Shown: one piece after another, positions 31,302 through 41,336 of the stretch
Position numbering within the stretch: position 1 is the stretch's first letter
Layout of the letters: each line of letters opens with the position of its first letter
From: Candidatus Poribacteria bacterium
GTDB taxonomy: Bacteria; Poribacteria; WGA-4E; PCPOR2b
NCBI GenBank assembly: GCA_965198175.1
Contig: OZ240245.1
Coordinates: forward strand, 3,296,001-3,360,000
Length of the DNA: 64,000 nucleotides
Direction of reading: 5' to 3'
Position numbers and translations under genes: made by a program
The notes under the pieces: generated by a model
Database searches by the model: none
Told to the model about the DNA's origin: nothing
The model's input: the letters and a program-made list of their open reading frames with translations, nothing else

Positions 31302-31530
31302 TGTAGGTTGGGTTGAGCGGGTTATATCAAATAAATACCGGAGGAAAAATAACGCCACGAATACAAAAACCGCACAATTCCCAAAATCATTAAAGCGTAT
31401 CCCAACGTTTTTCCTAGCTCGCAACCAGTTCAAGAAAACTGAACGCATCTCAATTAACAAAAAGCGTTGGGTTACGGCGAAGACTATCGCCCTCCCTATT
31501 CGGTCGGTTGATTGTTCAACCCAACCTACA
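31302..31530. repeat. GTAG-type REP doublet / MITE-like element with 15-bp terminal inverted repeats
   Basis: TGTAGGTTGGGTTGA (31302-31316) and TCAACCCAACCTACA (31516-31530); internal CCCAACG/CGTTGGG arms. Confidence 0.75.
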
Positions 31531-31590
31531 CCCGTGATGGCTGGAAGCCAATAGGCATCAGCATTCCAACCCTCATCTGGTCATTTGATA

Positions 31591-34500
31591 CTATTTTACG
31601 ATAACCATTTTGCGGGTCGCAGAAAACGCCCCCGCCCGGATCTGATAGAAATATAAGCCGCTCGCAACCGGCTCACCATACATGTCTTTTCCATCCCAGT
31701 AGGCCGCCCTACCGCGAGTGATGTATGTCCCAACGTGCTGATAACCGAGGTCCAATTGACGGACACGCTCACCGTTTGTATCGTAAATTGAGATAACCAC
31801 TTCTGAATCGGTAGAGAGTTGATACGGAATCCATGTTTCCGGGTTAAACGGGTTCGGGTAGTTTTGCAGCAACATCGGTTTCTCAGGGAATAGCTCTGTC
31901 ATTGACACACGCTCACCAACCACGTTCACCGGAATCGCTCGTGTCAGTGAATCTGCCAGTTGAAGGTCAACGAGCCGGATTGGAGACTGTGGCGACAGGG
32001 ACCTCGTCTTGTTAACATGAAAAACAAGCGTAGCCAGTGAACCCTCTGCCGCCACACCTTCCAGCGTTCCTTGTCGGGTCTGTGTGAGCTTCAGTTGTGT
32101 CCCCTGCTGGGAGATATGCCAGTAACTTTCTGGCAGCCCTGCGGCTAAAACCGAACTAGGTGAGGCAGTAAGGAGTTCTAATACCGCCGGATTGTACTGG
32201 ATTGAGACATGGTAGCCGTAAAGATCGGCAATCGCTGTGGTGTGGATTGAGACGGTCAATTGTCGTGTATCCGTCACACTTGGGGTCATCAGGAGGCGCA
32301 ACTCCCCTTCGGGCGAAACCGAGCGGAATTGTCCAAAATCTGCCGTTGGCGTGGCGTTAATGAAATTTTCGCCGAAATGTTGACCGACAAGCACGAGATC
32401 GAAGATGTCCACCTTGCCATCTTGGTTGACATCATAAGGGGGAAATTTACCGTCACCTTCTCCTTCTTCGATTGTTAGGGTCAGTGTGTAGGTAAAATCC
32501 GCCCCACTTCCCCCGGAATGTTTAATTTCGGCATAGTAAGTTCCGTCCGCAGGAATTTCAAATCCTTCTAGCATTGAATCAATACCTTCTACAAAGAGCG
32601 GAACTTCCGTTAAAAGCTGTAAATCGCTATCATACAGAGTCAAAATTAAATTGAAGAACGGAGTGGCGGGTTGCCCGTCGACCACTATCGTAATAATTTG
32701 TCCCGCTGCGGCATTAAACTGAAACGCATCGGCATCCCCGGTAAAACTGATGGCTCCCTCGACAGGAACATCTACCGTTAAGGGGGTCGGATTCCCTTTT
32801 AGGCTTTCGTGGTCATCTTCGGGAAGTTCGCCTTCAGATAACGTCAGCGTGTAGGTATAAGTGGAACCGACCGCCCCTCCTATGAAGCCAGCAATATCGA
32901 CACAATATTCACCATCGGCGGGGATGAGAAATCCATCAATCCGCACCTCCATGCTATTGGGAGAAGGATCAATTGATATTAACGTTTCCCCGGACTCATC
33001 CAGAAGACTCAGTTGTGTTACCCAGAATATTACTTCTCGGTTAGGTATTTCTACCTCAACGCGCAGGGCAACGACAGTGCCTTCTGACGCTTCAAAGCGG
33101 AAACCGTCCGAGTCATGAGGATCACGAGATTCAGGATTGCCTGCAGTAATGACCCCTGTGACAGGTTCGTCGAAGGTCAATGGCGTTTCCTCGCCACTAC
33201 CGCAGGCTGCATGGTCATCGGTCTTCCCAGCGATCGTCAGCATGTAAGAGTAGTTCAGACCGCCGAAGGGGGCATTAAGATTGGGAAGTGCAATGTTGCT
33301 GATAGCGAGTAGGTACGTTCCATCAGTTGGTAGTTTTTCATTCACACGGGAATCAATTCCACGCGGATTAAGTTCAGGACCCGGCTTCGGACCGGTGGTC
33401 GGCAAGACATCGTCACTTTTAGCAAAGAGATCGCCATCAGGGCCATAGATAACGAGCAGAGAGTCGAGGTCGGAGTTCTTCGTCGTAACAGTGATGTCGA
33501 TACGCTGCCCCTTCTCACCTTCAATCGCGAAGAAATCCGTATCGCCGCTGAAGTCGATGAAACTCTCTATCGTATCGCCAATCGCCACCGGTGTCGCCGT
33601 GTCAGGCGTATCGCCGTGGTTGTCAATGATAAGCACTAGTTTATAATCGTTGGTCGCCCCGTTGATCCCAGAAACTGCAACGACATAATCGCCCGGTACT
33701 AATTCGCGCGATGCGACATCCTTCGTTTCAAAGGTAACGAGCACTACACCATCGGGTCCAGTCAATGTAATCATTAAATCCCCGTAGATAGGTTGAAAAT
33801 CAATTGCCAACCCGACTTGCATCGTCTCATCCAAATGGAATCTATAGTAATCATCATTGTCCGCTGTGTGGATCGACAGTGCTTCATTGACAAAAGGCAG
33901 TTCGATCGCGGCTGCGGTCTCCGCTGTATCGTTCTCTTCAAAGGCATCCGATGCCCTTTCGGGCGGCGTAAAGAATCCACGGTTCTCCATAATCCCCAAG
34001 ATGAAGTCGAAATTTACGCCGCCGTTCAGTTCTTGATCAGCCATAAGAATCGCTGATGCCCCATCGACAAATTCTGTGTCGGGCGAGAGAAAAAAATGGC
34101 TCTCGACAATCAAGCGGATCGACGCATCGCGTCCAATCGCCTCAAAAATCTCCCACAGTGCTGCAGACCAAATCTCTCCATCGGCGTGCGGTTCACCTAC
34201 AATGTCTTTAGGATAGCGTTTGTTACCATTTACGGGACGAGTGTAAACCTCAGGATCATCTGAACCAGCCCATTCAAAAACGATCGAGTCACTAAAACCG
34301 TCGCTTACGACGCTGAAAAAACTAGCTGCAAGAAAATCACTAAACCCTTCGTGTATTGCCGCGCCTTCACCTGCGTGTATGTTAGGCACCTGTCGATCAA
34401 GAATAGCGTGGCCATATTCGTGGATGATCACTTCAGCATCTTCGGCGGTATCAACACCGTCATCTCCGAAATTAATCGAACCTTCATCATCGTCGTAGAA

Positions 34501-35595
34501 AGCAGCATTTGTCATACCAAAATGTACGTTCGCAGGTATCTGCCAATTGGCAAGAAAATCGAAGCCGAGTTCTTTCAAATAACGCCCCGCGGCATCTACG
34601 TGATAATAGACCATTACCTCCTCAAATCGGGGGTCATCACGGAGGTAGTTAAACTCCAACGTGGGCTCGTTAGCACGATTTTCGGTCAATCTCGTACTCA
34701 CGTAGGCTCCATCAAGAAAGCCACTAGCGTCTAATTCAGGCAGAATCACATCCGTGTACGCTTCTTCCGGTATGGCGCTGGCAGAATCGCCCTGATCCAT
34801 GAGCGAAAAATCTTTAAGGGCAACAACAGGATTCGGGTTAAAGACACGCCCATGTCCGTCAGCAGATCTGAGCAGACTCCGTCGGTGCAACGGCTCGCCG
34901 GTGTTGGCGTCAATGATATACTCCCAACTTGCGAGCGGTTGACGAGAGTGCACGATTGCGCGGTAAGCGAGGCGATAAGCATTGGCATAGTCACCTGTCT
35001 GTCCAGCATTACGATTCGGGAAAATTACCAAGTTGGCACGCGGCGGTTTCCGCAAATTAATTGCACCGGACTCGGCAATGGCGATGTCAATTGCACCTTC
35101 CGGGGCGAGCGATGCCGCTGTACTGATGTTAATCTGTGGGAAGTAGCTGCTGTGGATGACTCGTATCTGTCCAGAATGGTTGGTATGGATAGAGATCGCC
35201 GCGCCGTAAACTTCGATACCGTTGTAGTATTGATGGAATCGAACATGTCTGCCCGTTAAGCTGCTGTGAATATTCGTGAGGCGCAACTCAACGTTTGGAT
35301 CGGTCATCGCAAATAGGTCACAATAATCGCTAAGGCATTGACGCCCTGATGTTTCTAGCGTTCCTATTGGAGCAGGGAGTGTCAAATTGTAAAGGCTGCG
35401 AACTGTCCCTCGGTTCCGATGCCACCGTGCACGCACAGGGGTTTCTGAATCGGATTTGATTCGCTGCAACGCCGCTGCTGCTTTCCGTTGAATCTGTTGT
35501 CTCACTTCCATTTTGGCATATGCCAAAGATGGAATACAAATTAGGATTGTGTAGAGTGCTAGCACAATAGATATGGAGGTAATGCGATTATTCAT
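31591..35595 (-). CDS. Secreted modular gluzincin metallopeptidase (M36/M4-like) with PPC-like repeats, dockerin-like, cohesin-like and FlgD-type C-terminal domain
   Basis: Signal peptide, FTP-like propeptide (HVRFHQYYNGIEV), HEYGH plus HEGFSD plus EPHADG, DDH-type repeats, DVNQDGKVDIFDL, NYPNPFNPETWIPYQL. Confidence 0.85.
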   Translation of the reverse strand: MNNRITSISIVLALYTILICIPSLAYAKMEVRQQIQRKAAAALQRIKSDSETPVRARWHRNRGTVRSLYNLTLPAPIGTLETSGRQCLSDYCDLFAMTDPNVELRLTNIHSSLTGRHVRFHQYYNGIEVYGAAISIHTNHSGQIRVIHSSYFPQINISTAASLAPEGAIDIAIAESGAINLRKPPRANLVIFPNRNAGQTGDYANAYRLAYRAIVHSRQPLASWEYIIDANTGEPLHRRSLLRSADGHGRVFNPNPVVALKDFSLMDQGDSASAIPEEAYTDVILPELDASGFLDGAYVSTRLTENRANEPTLEFNYLRDDPRFEEVMVYYHVDAAGRYLKELGFDFLANWQIPANVHFGMTNAAFYDDDEGSINFGDDGVDTAEDAEVIIHEYGHAILDRQVPNIHAGEGAAIHEGFSDFLAASFFSVVSDGFSDSIVFEWAGSDDPEVYTRPVNGNKRYPKDIVGEPHADGEIWSAALWEIFEAIGRDASIRLIVESHFFLSPDTEFVDGASAILMADQELNGGVNFDFILGIMENRGFFTPPERASDAFEENDTAETAAAIELPFVNEALSIHTADNDDYYRFHLDETMQVGLAIDFQPIYGDLMITLTGPDGVVLVTFETKDVASRELVPGDYVVAVSGINGATNDYKLVLIIDNHGDTPDTATPVAIGDTIESFIDFSGDTDFFAIEGEKGQRIDITVTTKNSDLDSLLVIYGPDGDLFAKSDDVLPTTGPKPGPELNPRGIDSRVNEKLPTDGTYLLAISNIALPNLNAPFGGLNYSYMLTIAGKTDDHAACGSGEETPLTFDEPVTGVITAGNPESRDPHDSDGFRFEASEGTVVALRVEVEIPNREVIFWVTQLSLLDESGETLISIDPSPNSMEVRIDGFLIPADGEYCVDIAGFIGGAVGSTYTYTLTLSEGELPEDDHESLKGNPTPLTVDVPVEGAISFTGDADAFQFNAAAGQIITIVVDGQPATPFFNLILTLYDSDLQLLTEVPLFVEGIDSMLEGFEIPADGTYYAEIKHSGGSGADFTYTLTLTIEEGEGDGKFPPYDVNQDGKVDIFDLVLVGQHFGENFINATPTADFGQFRSVSPEGELRLLMTPSVTDTRQLTVSIHTTAIADLYGYHVSIQYNPAVLELLTASPSSVLAAGLPESYWHISQQGTQLKLTQTRQGTLEGVAAEGSLATLVFHVNKTRSLSPQSPIRLVDLQLADSLTRAIPVNVVGERVSMTELFPEKPMLLQNYPNPFNPETWIPYQLSTDSEVVISIYDTNGERVRQLDLGYQHVGTYITRGRAAYWDGKDMYGEPVASGLYFYQIRAGAFSATRKMVIVK

Positions 35596-35778
35596 GAAAC
35601 CCTCTCCGTTCGATTTGAAAACCGCCTTTTGCCGAATCACAATTTAGGGTTAAAGCACCGTCAAATACCAACCGTGTTGTGTTACAGTGTCTGGTGAAAT
35701 GAAAACACCCCTAGCTCATTTGTAATCTCTGGAAATTACTAGACATCAGCATTCCAACCCTCATCTGGTCTTTTGATA

Positions 35779-38700
35779 CTATTTGACAATCACCATCCGC
35801 CGGATTTGACTGAAAGACAGCGTTCCCAATTGGTAGAAATAGAGACCGCTGGCAACAGACTCTCCGTTATCATTCCGACCATTCCAATAGGTTGCCTTGC
35901 CTCGATCGGTATAATAGCCCGCCAACTGATGCCCTAAATCCAGCCGACGAACCGTCACACCTCTGGTGTTATATATCGTCAACGTGACATCCGCATCCTC
36001 TGCCAACTGGTACGGAATCCACGTCTCCGGGTTGAACGGGTTCGGGTAGTTTGGCAATAGTGCTGTCTCGGCTGGTATCTCGTAGGCAACCAATTCCGGC
36101 AACTGAATGCGACTGTTCTTCACGTCAGCAGCCGTCACGGTGTATCGCAATGACCGAACACGAATCAACGGATTGGAGGTTTTTGCCGAGACTTCAAGGA
36201 CATCTCCAACCCGTGCTGCACGCCCGGATTCCATGTCAACTACGGCGAGTTGATAGCCAACTCCTATCAATTTCCCCTTATCCGGGGAAGAGACGTGCTC
36301 ATCTCCGGTCACGGCGGTGACCGCTTTGCTGGTTGAAAGGTTCTTGACGGTTACACGGAAACCCGACCCCGTAGGGAGGACATCCCTGTCCGGCCCACTC
36401 CAGACTCTCACTTCATCAACAATTGACCCGCTAAACGCCAATACGGGTGTCACATCTCCTACTTCAATACCCGTGACTGCCACTGCCGGGGCAGCAGTTG
36501 TTCCTGAGGTATTATACCACGCATTGCCGGAGATAGCGACCGTAGCGGCATCCCTAGCCTCCAAGACAAAGGATTGACCGCCTGTAATAGAGATATTTCC
36601 GTCGTCGGCTGCTCGTCTAACCTCCACGAATTTCCCCTGAACCGAAACAAATATGGAAGGGACGTTGCCTCGAATCCCTTCAAGCGAAAGCAAGTCGCTC
36701 ACGCGCATGATTCGTGAATCTCTCAGCGGCACCCCCACCAAATTTGTGCCCCGGTGCAACGTGATTGTGCTATTCCCGTCCCTACCGAGCGAGTCGCCAC
36801 CCAGTCGAATCGTTACCGCGTCCTTCATAGCGGCAATGATACCGAGGTCATCGGTCAAGGCTTTGTCTCCGGACGTGCCTCTGTTCTGGGAGCCGAAATA
36901 GACGCGCCATTGTTGGGCGTCATGCGTTACAAGGAAATTGACTTTCTCTGCGCCGCCGAGCGCGTCGTACAGGTCGCTCATGGATTCGATTGTCAGCGGC
37001 GCATCGTCAACAGCCGTGACACGGAGTGGTATGTGAATCAAACTGATCCCTGCCGGCAGGGATAGGTCAAACTGAGGACGTATCCCCACCGCGGTGAAGG
37101 ATTCCGATTCCGAGATTCCTTCGACACTCACGCGAACACTGTTCTTGCCCAGATTGGGACCCAACGTGAGGGTACTTGCTACCCGCCCATTGCTGTCTGT
37201 CGTGGCGCTTGTCACACCCAGCGTACCATCGCCACTGCTGACCGAGAACGTGACCTCGACACCCGGCAAGGGTTTATCGAACTGGTCGCGCACTTCCACG
37301 ACAAACGCTTTTTCAAGTGCATCACCGGGTAAACCCTCTTGGTCAACCCCAGAGATTATCTCCAATGTCTTGGGTATTCGGATGCCTTCGGCAGTAAACG
37401 TCCGCTTCTCCTCAATCCCGGTTACAGTCGCTTCCACAGTGTTCGTGCCCGGATTTGGTCCTAGCGTGAGGGTACTTTCTGCCCTGCCGTTTTCATCGGT
37501 CGTAGTAATTGTGGCACTGAGCGTACCATCGCCTATGGTGACCGTGAAGGTGACCTCGACACCCGGTAGAGGTTTATCAGTCTGGTCGCGCACTTCTACC
37601 ACAAACGGTTTTTCAAGCGCTTCACTGGGCAACCCCTCTTGGTCAGTCCCCGAGATTATCTCAAGTTTCATGGGGATTCGAAGCCCTTCGGCATTAAACG
37701 TTTGCCCTTTCTGAATCCCTGTAACGGATACAGTGACAGTGTTTGTTCCCGGAGCTGGCCTCAACGTAAGAGTACTCTCTGCTCTGCCGTTCGCATCAGT
37801 CTTTGTACTTGTGACGCTGAGCGTTCCTCCGCCAGCGGTGACAGTGAATGTGACTGGAACTCCCTCAAATGCTGAACCGTCCGCATCCCGCACTTCAACG
37901 ACAAATGGTCGCTCAAGTGCTGTACCAGATGTGCCTTGCTGGTCATCGCCTGAGATTTTCAGAGGGGACGTAGGTGTTCGGTTGTCAAACTCGACTGTAA
38001 CCCCTCTGCTTTGGAGTGCGGGAATATGGGTGTAGATAGATTGGTAACTCAAGGGGTTTCTCTGCACATACACCTCGTCTCCCTTCCCCAGTCCCGTATT
38101 CGCTATCAGGGGTGAGATGTCCGAGATGGAGTTGTACCCAAGCCCCAATGTTGTCAGGTTAGTTAATCCTGCCACAGGCGAGATGTCAGATATGGGGGTG
38201 CCCCAAATATCTAGGAATGTCAGGTTAGTTAAGCCTGTCACCGGTGAGATGTCTGAAAGGGTGTTGCCGTCAAGGTCCAGGTGTGTCAGTTTAGTCAAAT
38301 TCGCTACAGGTGCGATGTTGGAGACAGAGTTGCCCGTAATATCCAGGAATGTCAGGTTGGTTAATCCTGCCAAAGGCGATATGTTTTCTATTAAGTTGAA
38401 CCCAAGCCGCAGTTCTGTCAGATTGGTTAATCCCGCTAAAAGTGAGATGTTAGATAGCGAGTTACTGTTGATTGGACGCCCTCCTTCATACACATGACCA
38501 AGATTCAGTGTTGTCAAGTTGGTTGCACCTTCAAGCCCGGTCAGGTCGCTGATGTTGGTGTTTTGTGCTTCAAGGCGCGTCAAAGTCTCCATCTCCGACG
38601 AGATTATTGGGGTGCCTGGTGACACTTTGAGAGCGGTCTCAATCGCAGCGCGGAGGTTGGCGTCCGGAATGTCCACCGGAGCCCCCGCCACGGCGTTAAA

Positions 38701-41241
38701 GGTGACCGTTCCCTCAATTCCAGCAGCAGATACAGAAACAGTGTTTGTTCCCGGATTTTGCCCCAGCGTGAGTATACTCTCTGCTCTACCGTTTTCATCC
38801 GTCGTGGTGCGTGTGGCACTAAGGGTTCCGTCGCCTGCGGTAACGGTGAATGTGACTGAGATTCCTTTACGCACTGAAAGGTTTTCGTCCCGTACTTTAA
38901 CGACAAACGGGTTTGTCAAGACCCCTCCGGACACGCCAGTCTGGTTATCACCTGAAATTTTTGAAAGTCCAGGTGTTATAAGAAAGGGGGTGAAATCCCA
39001 CAGCCGTACCTTACCATCGCCACTTCCACTGGCAAGCATTGTTCCATCGGGACTGAATACAACAGATACGGCATTCCCTATATCCTCAGCGAGGGGCTCT
39101 TTGTATTGACCGGTCTCCAGGTCCCACAACGAAATTCCACGATTTCCAATGGTGAGCGTTTTCCCGTCGGGGCTGAACGCCATCGTATTCGCCCAACCTC
39201 CCTGATTTGGGAGTGTTCTTTTGAGTGTACCGGTGTCCGTATTCCATAAGCGAATGATTCCGTCCCAACCCCCGCTAGCAAGGGTTTCACCATCCGAGCT
39301 GAATACAAGGCGATTGACTTCACTCCTATGCTCAGTGAGGGTGTGCAGGAGTTGTCCCGTGTTTGGATTCCATAAGCGAATGGTTTGGTCTCGGCTCCCA
39401 CTGGCAAGGATTGCACCATCCGGAGAAAACGCCACGGCGTCAACCACATTGGTATGTTCCGTGAGTTTTCTTTCGACCTGCCCTGTGGTAGTATTCCACA
39501 ATAAAATGGGCTGATTGGCACCTCCACTGGCAAGGGTCTGTCCATCAGGACTGAACGCGATTGATGCGACGCCGTCCCCCATACTATTAAGCGTTCTTTT
39601 GAGTTGCCCAGTGTTTGGATTCCATAAGTGAATTGTTCGGTCCCAACTTCCACTGGCAAGGGTCTGTCCATCAGGACTGAACGCAACACTCATGACATCG
39701 CCCGTATGTCCTAGGAAGGTGTGCAGGAGTTGTTCTGTTGCTACATCCCACAGGCGGACGGTTCGGTCAGAACTGCCACTGGCGAGCATTTGACTATCCG
39801 AACTGAAAGCCACGCTCCGGACATAATCTGTATGTTCTTGATATGTCAGGGCTTCCAAAAGACTTTCAAGCACGATAATTCCGTGTTTTAGGATTGCATT
39901 TTGAACCTCAACCTGCTCAACATCGGTTAACCACCTCTGAATCTCTGCCGCAGTGAACGTCTCAACTGCTTGTTGAGGTAGAGAATATATGGGGGCAGCC
40001 GCAACCAAGAGCAGATCAACAATATCAATAACCCCATCTCCATTGACATCCGCCTTAGATTTTCCACGAAAACCGAAATGCGAGGCAACAGGTGTCAAAT
40101 CAAAGACATTCACGACGCCATCGCTATTTACATCTAAGACGTTTTGGGCAGATACTGCCTCCTCCAACTGGATAGCAAAAGTTGCCCAGGTGATGTTGCC
40201 ACCCACATCAATAATTTGAAGCGTGATTCTATCAACGAGCTCTGCTGTCCTAACAGCAGATTCAACGATGCCTGTTTTGCCGCTTAACGGTTTACAATCG
40301 AATAACCTATAGGGCCCCCGTCCAGCCCATTCAGGGTTTTCGAGAATGCTTGGCACCAGCAACTGTGCGTGATGAAGCCCATCGGGATCTGCCACTTCAA
40401 AACGAAAGTTTATTGCATCCTGGCTATAAGCCTGTAACGAAACCAGCTGAATTTCGCCCGGTTCGTTGAGAAATGTTGTTTTGGTATTAAAGAAACGACT
40501 GACAGACAACCATTCAGCAGCACACTTAGACAAACGATTTTGGGTGCCACCAGCCATAACGTAGTCGCTGGTACGACCTTCCCGATAGTCGTCGTGCTCA
40601 AGTCCAAAGACATGTCCCAATTCATGAACGGTCACAAACCTCCCAAAATTAATACCGGACGCGGGGATTACGGCTAAACCGCCATGGACTTCTTCCCCGT
40701 TTGTAAAGTCTCTATTCCTCAGGTAAATTCTCCCAGTTGGATCAAAACCCATGCTTCCTGCAACGGGGTAGAAACTAACTCCACCTACACCGCCTGCATT
40801 CTCCTCGACTACTTCAATACTGAGATCTATCGCAACGAAATAGATGTGCTGAAGATCATCCTCGTCAAAGTGTCTGCGAAGTTCGCTCCAGACTTTGTAA
40901 CCAGTATTACTAAAATAATATTCTTCTGTGAACTTTCCTTTAACCTGATGAATTAGAGGTTTCCCGTTTGTATCGGTTTCAATAGTGAAGGTTTTTCCAC
41001 CGAATCCGTGTTTGTGCATTCTATCAGCGTAGACCCGTTGTGCATCTTTAGTCAATGGACCGAGTCCTGTCACGCTGTCTGACCGATAAGGGCGGTCACT
41101 AGGAAGAAAGTAAACCAGCCGAACCATTCCGTTCGCGTTGATAGAAAGTCTGTCAGAATCTGCATGCCCTTGTTGAGTAATTGCTAGGAATAGGGTAGCA
41201 GCCAATAGTAGCGTAGCAGTCCAAAGTCGTAGTTTTTTCAT
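35779..41241 (-). CDS. Giant secreted mosaic protein: metzincin-like domain, dockerin-like, WD40 propeller, Big_1-type Ig repeats, internalin-like LRR, FlgD-type C-terminal domain
   Basis: HELGHVFGLEH plus downstream Met; DVNSDGVV/DVNGDGVI; seven WD40 repeats (FSPDGxxLASG); four TTDxNGRAESTLTLG-type repeats; LTNLTxLxLxxNxISDISP LRRs; NYPNPFNPETWIPYQL. Confidence 0.88.
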   Translation of the reverse strand: MKKLRLWTATLLLAATLFLAITQQGHADSDRLSINANGMVRLVYFLPSDRPYRSDSVTGLGPLTKDAQRVYADRMHKHGFGGKTFTIETDTNGKPLIHQVKGKFTEEYYFSNTGYKVWSELRRHFDEDDLQHIYFVAIDLSIEVVEENAGGVGGVSFYPVAGSMGFDPTGRIYLRNRDFTNGEEVHGGLAVIPASGINFGRFVTVHELGHVFGLEHDDYREGRTSDYVMAGGTQNRLSKCAAEWLSVSRFFNTKTTFLNEPGEIQLVSLQAYSQDAINFRFEVADPDGLHHAQLLVPSILENPEWAGRGPYRLFDCKPLSGKTGIVESAVRTAELVDRITLQIIDVGGNITWATFAIQLEEAVSAQNVLDVNSDGVVNVFDLTPVASHFGFRGKSKADVNGDGVIDIVDLLLVAAAPIYSLPQQAVETFTAAEIQRWLTDVEQVEVQNAILKHGIIVLESLLEALTYQEHTDYVRSVAFSSDSQMLASGSSDRTVRLWDVATEQLLHTFLGHTGDVMSVAFSPDGQTLASGSWDRTIHLWNPNTGQLKRTLNSMGDGVASIAFSPDGQTLASGGANQPILLWNTTTGQVERKLTEHTNVVDAVAFSPDGAILASGSRDQTIRLWNPNTGQLLHTLTEHRSEVNRLVFSSDGETLASGGWDGIIRLWNTDTGTLKRTLPNQGGWANTMAFSPDGKTLTIGNRGISLWDLETGQYKEPLAEDIGNAVSVVFSPDGTMLASGSGDGKVRLWDFTPFLITPGLSKISGDNQTGVSGGVLTNPFVVKVRDENLSVRKGISVTFTVTAGDGTLSATRTTTDENGRAESILTLGQNPGTNTVSVSAAGIEGTVTFNAVAGAPVDIPDANLRAAIETALKVSPGTPIISSEMETLTRLEAQNTNISDLTGLEGATNLTTLNLGHVYEGGRPINSNSLSNISLLAGLTNLTELRLGFNLIENISPLAGLTNLTFLDITGNSVSNIAPVANLTKLTHLDLDGNTLSDISPVTGLTNLTFLDIWGTPISDISPVAGLTNLTTLGLGYNSISDISPLIANTGLGKGDEVYVQRNPLSYQSIYTHIPALQSRGVTVEFDNRTPTSPLKISGDDQQGTSGTALERPFVVEVRDADGSAFEGVPVTFTVTAGGGTLSVTSTKTDANGRAESTLTLRPAPGTNTVTVSVTGIQKGQTFNAEGLRIPMKLEIISGTDQEGLPSEALEKPFVVEVRDQTDKPLPGVEVTFTVTIGDGTLSATITTTDENGRAESTLTLGPNPGTNTVEATVTGIEEKRTFTAEGIRIPKTLEIISGVDQEGLPGDALEKAFVVEVRDQFDKPLPGVEVTFSVSSGDGTLGVTSATTDSNGRVASTLTLGPNLGKNSVRVSVEGISESESFTAVGIRPQFDLSLPAGISLIHIPLRVTAVDDAPLTIESMSDLYDALGGAEKVNFLVTHDAQQWRVYFGSQNRGTSGDKALTDDLGIIAAMKDAVTIRLGGDSLGRDGNSTITLHRGTNLVGVPLRDSRIMRVSDLLSLEGIRGNVPSIFVSVQGKFVEVRRAADDGNISITGGQSFVLEARDAATVAISGNAWYNTSGTTAAPAVAVTGIEVGDVTPVLAFSGSIVDEVRVWSGPDRDVLPTGSGFRVTVKNLSTSKAVTAVTGDEHVSSPDKGKLIGVGYQLAVVDMESGRAARVGDVLEVSAKTSNPLIRVRSLRYTVTAADVKNSRIQLPELVAYEIPAETALLPNYPNPFNPETWIPYQLAEDADVTLTIYNTRGVTVRRLDLGHQLAGYYTDRGKATYWNGRNDNGESVASGLYFYQLGTLSFSQIRRMVIVK
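36371..36394 (+). repeat. REP-like palindrome inside a CDS
   Basis: GTAGGGAGGACATCCCTGTCC matches the intergenic REP GTAGGCGGGACATCCCTGTCC at about 44784. Confidence 0.6.
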
Positions 41242-41336
41242 ATCTCGCGCGATTTTCTATGACAACTTAAACAAGTCCGAAATTTCTTTAACGCCGATAT
41301 CTGCCGACCAACTGGTAGGAAAGCCTAATTCCGCCC

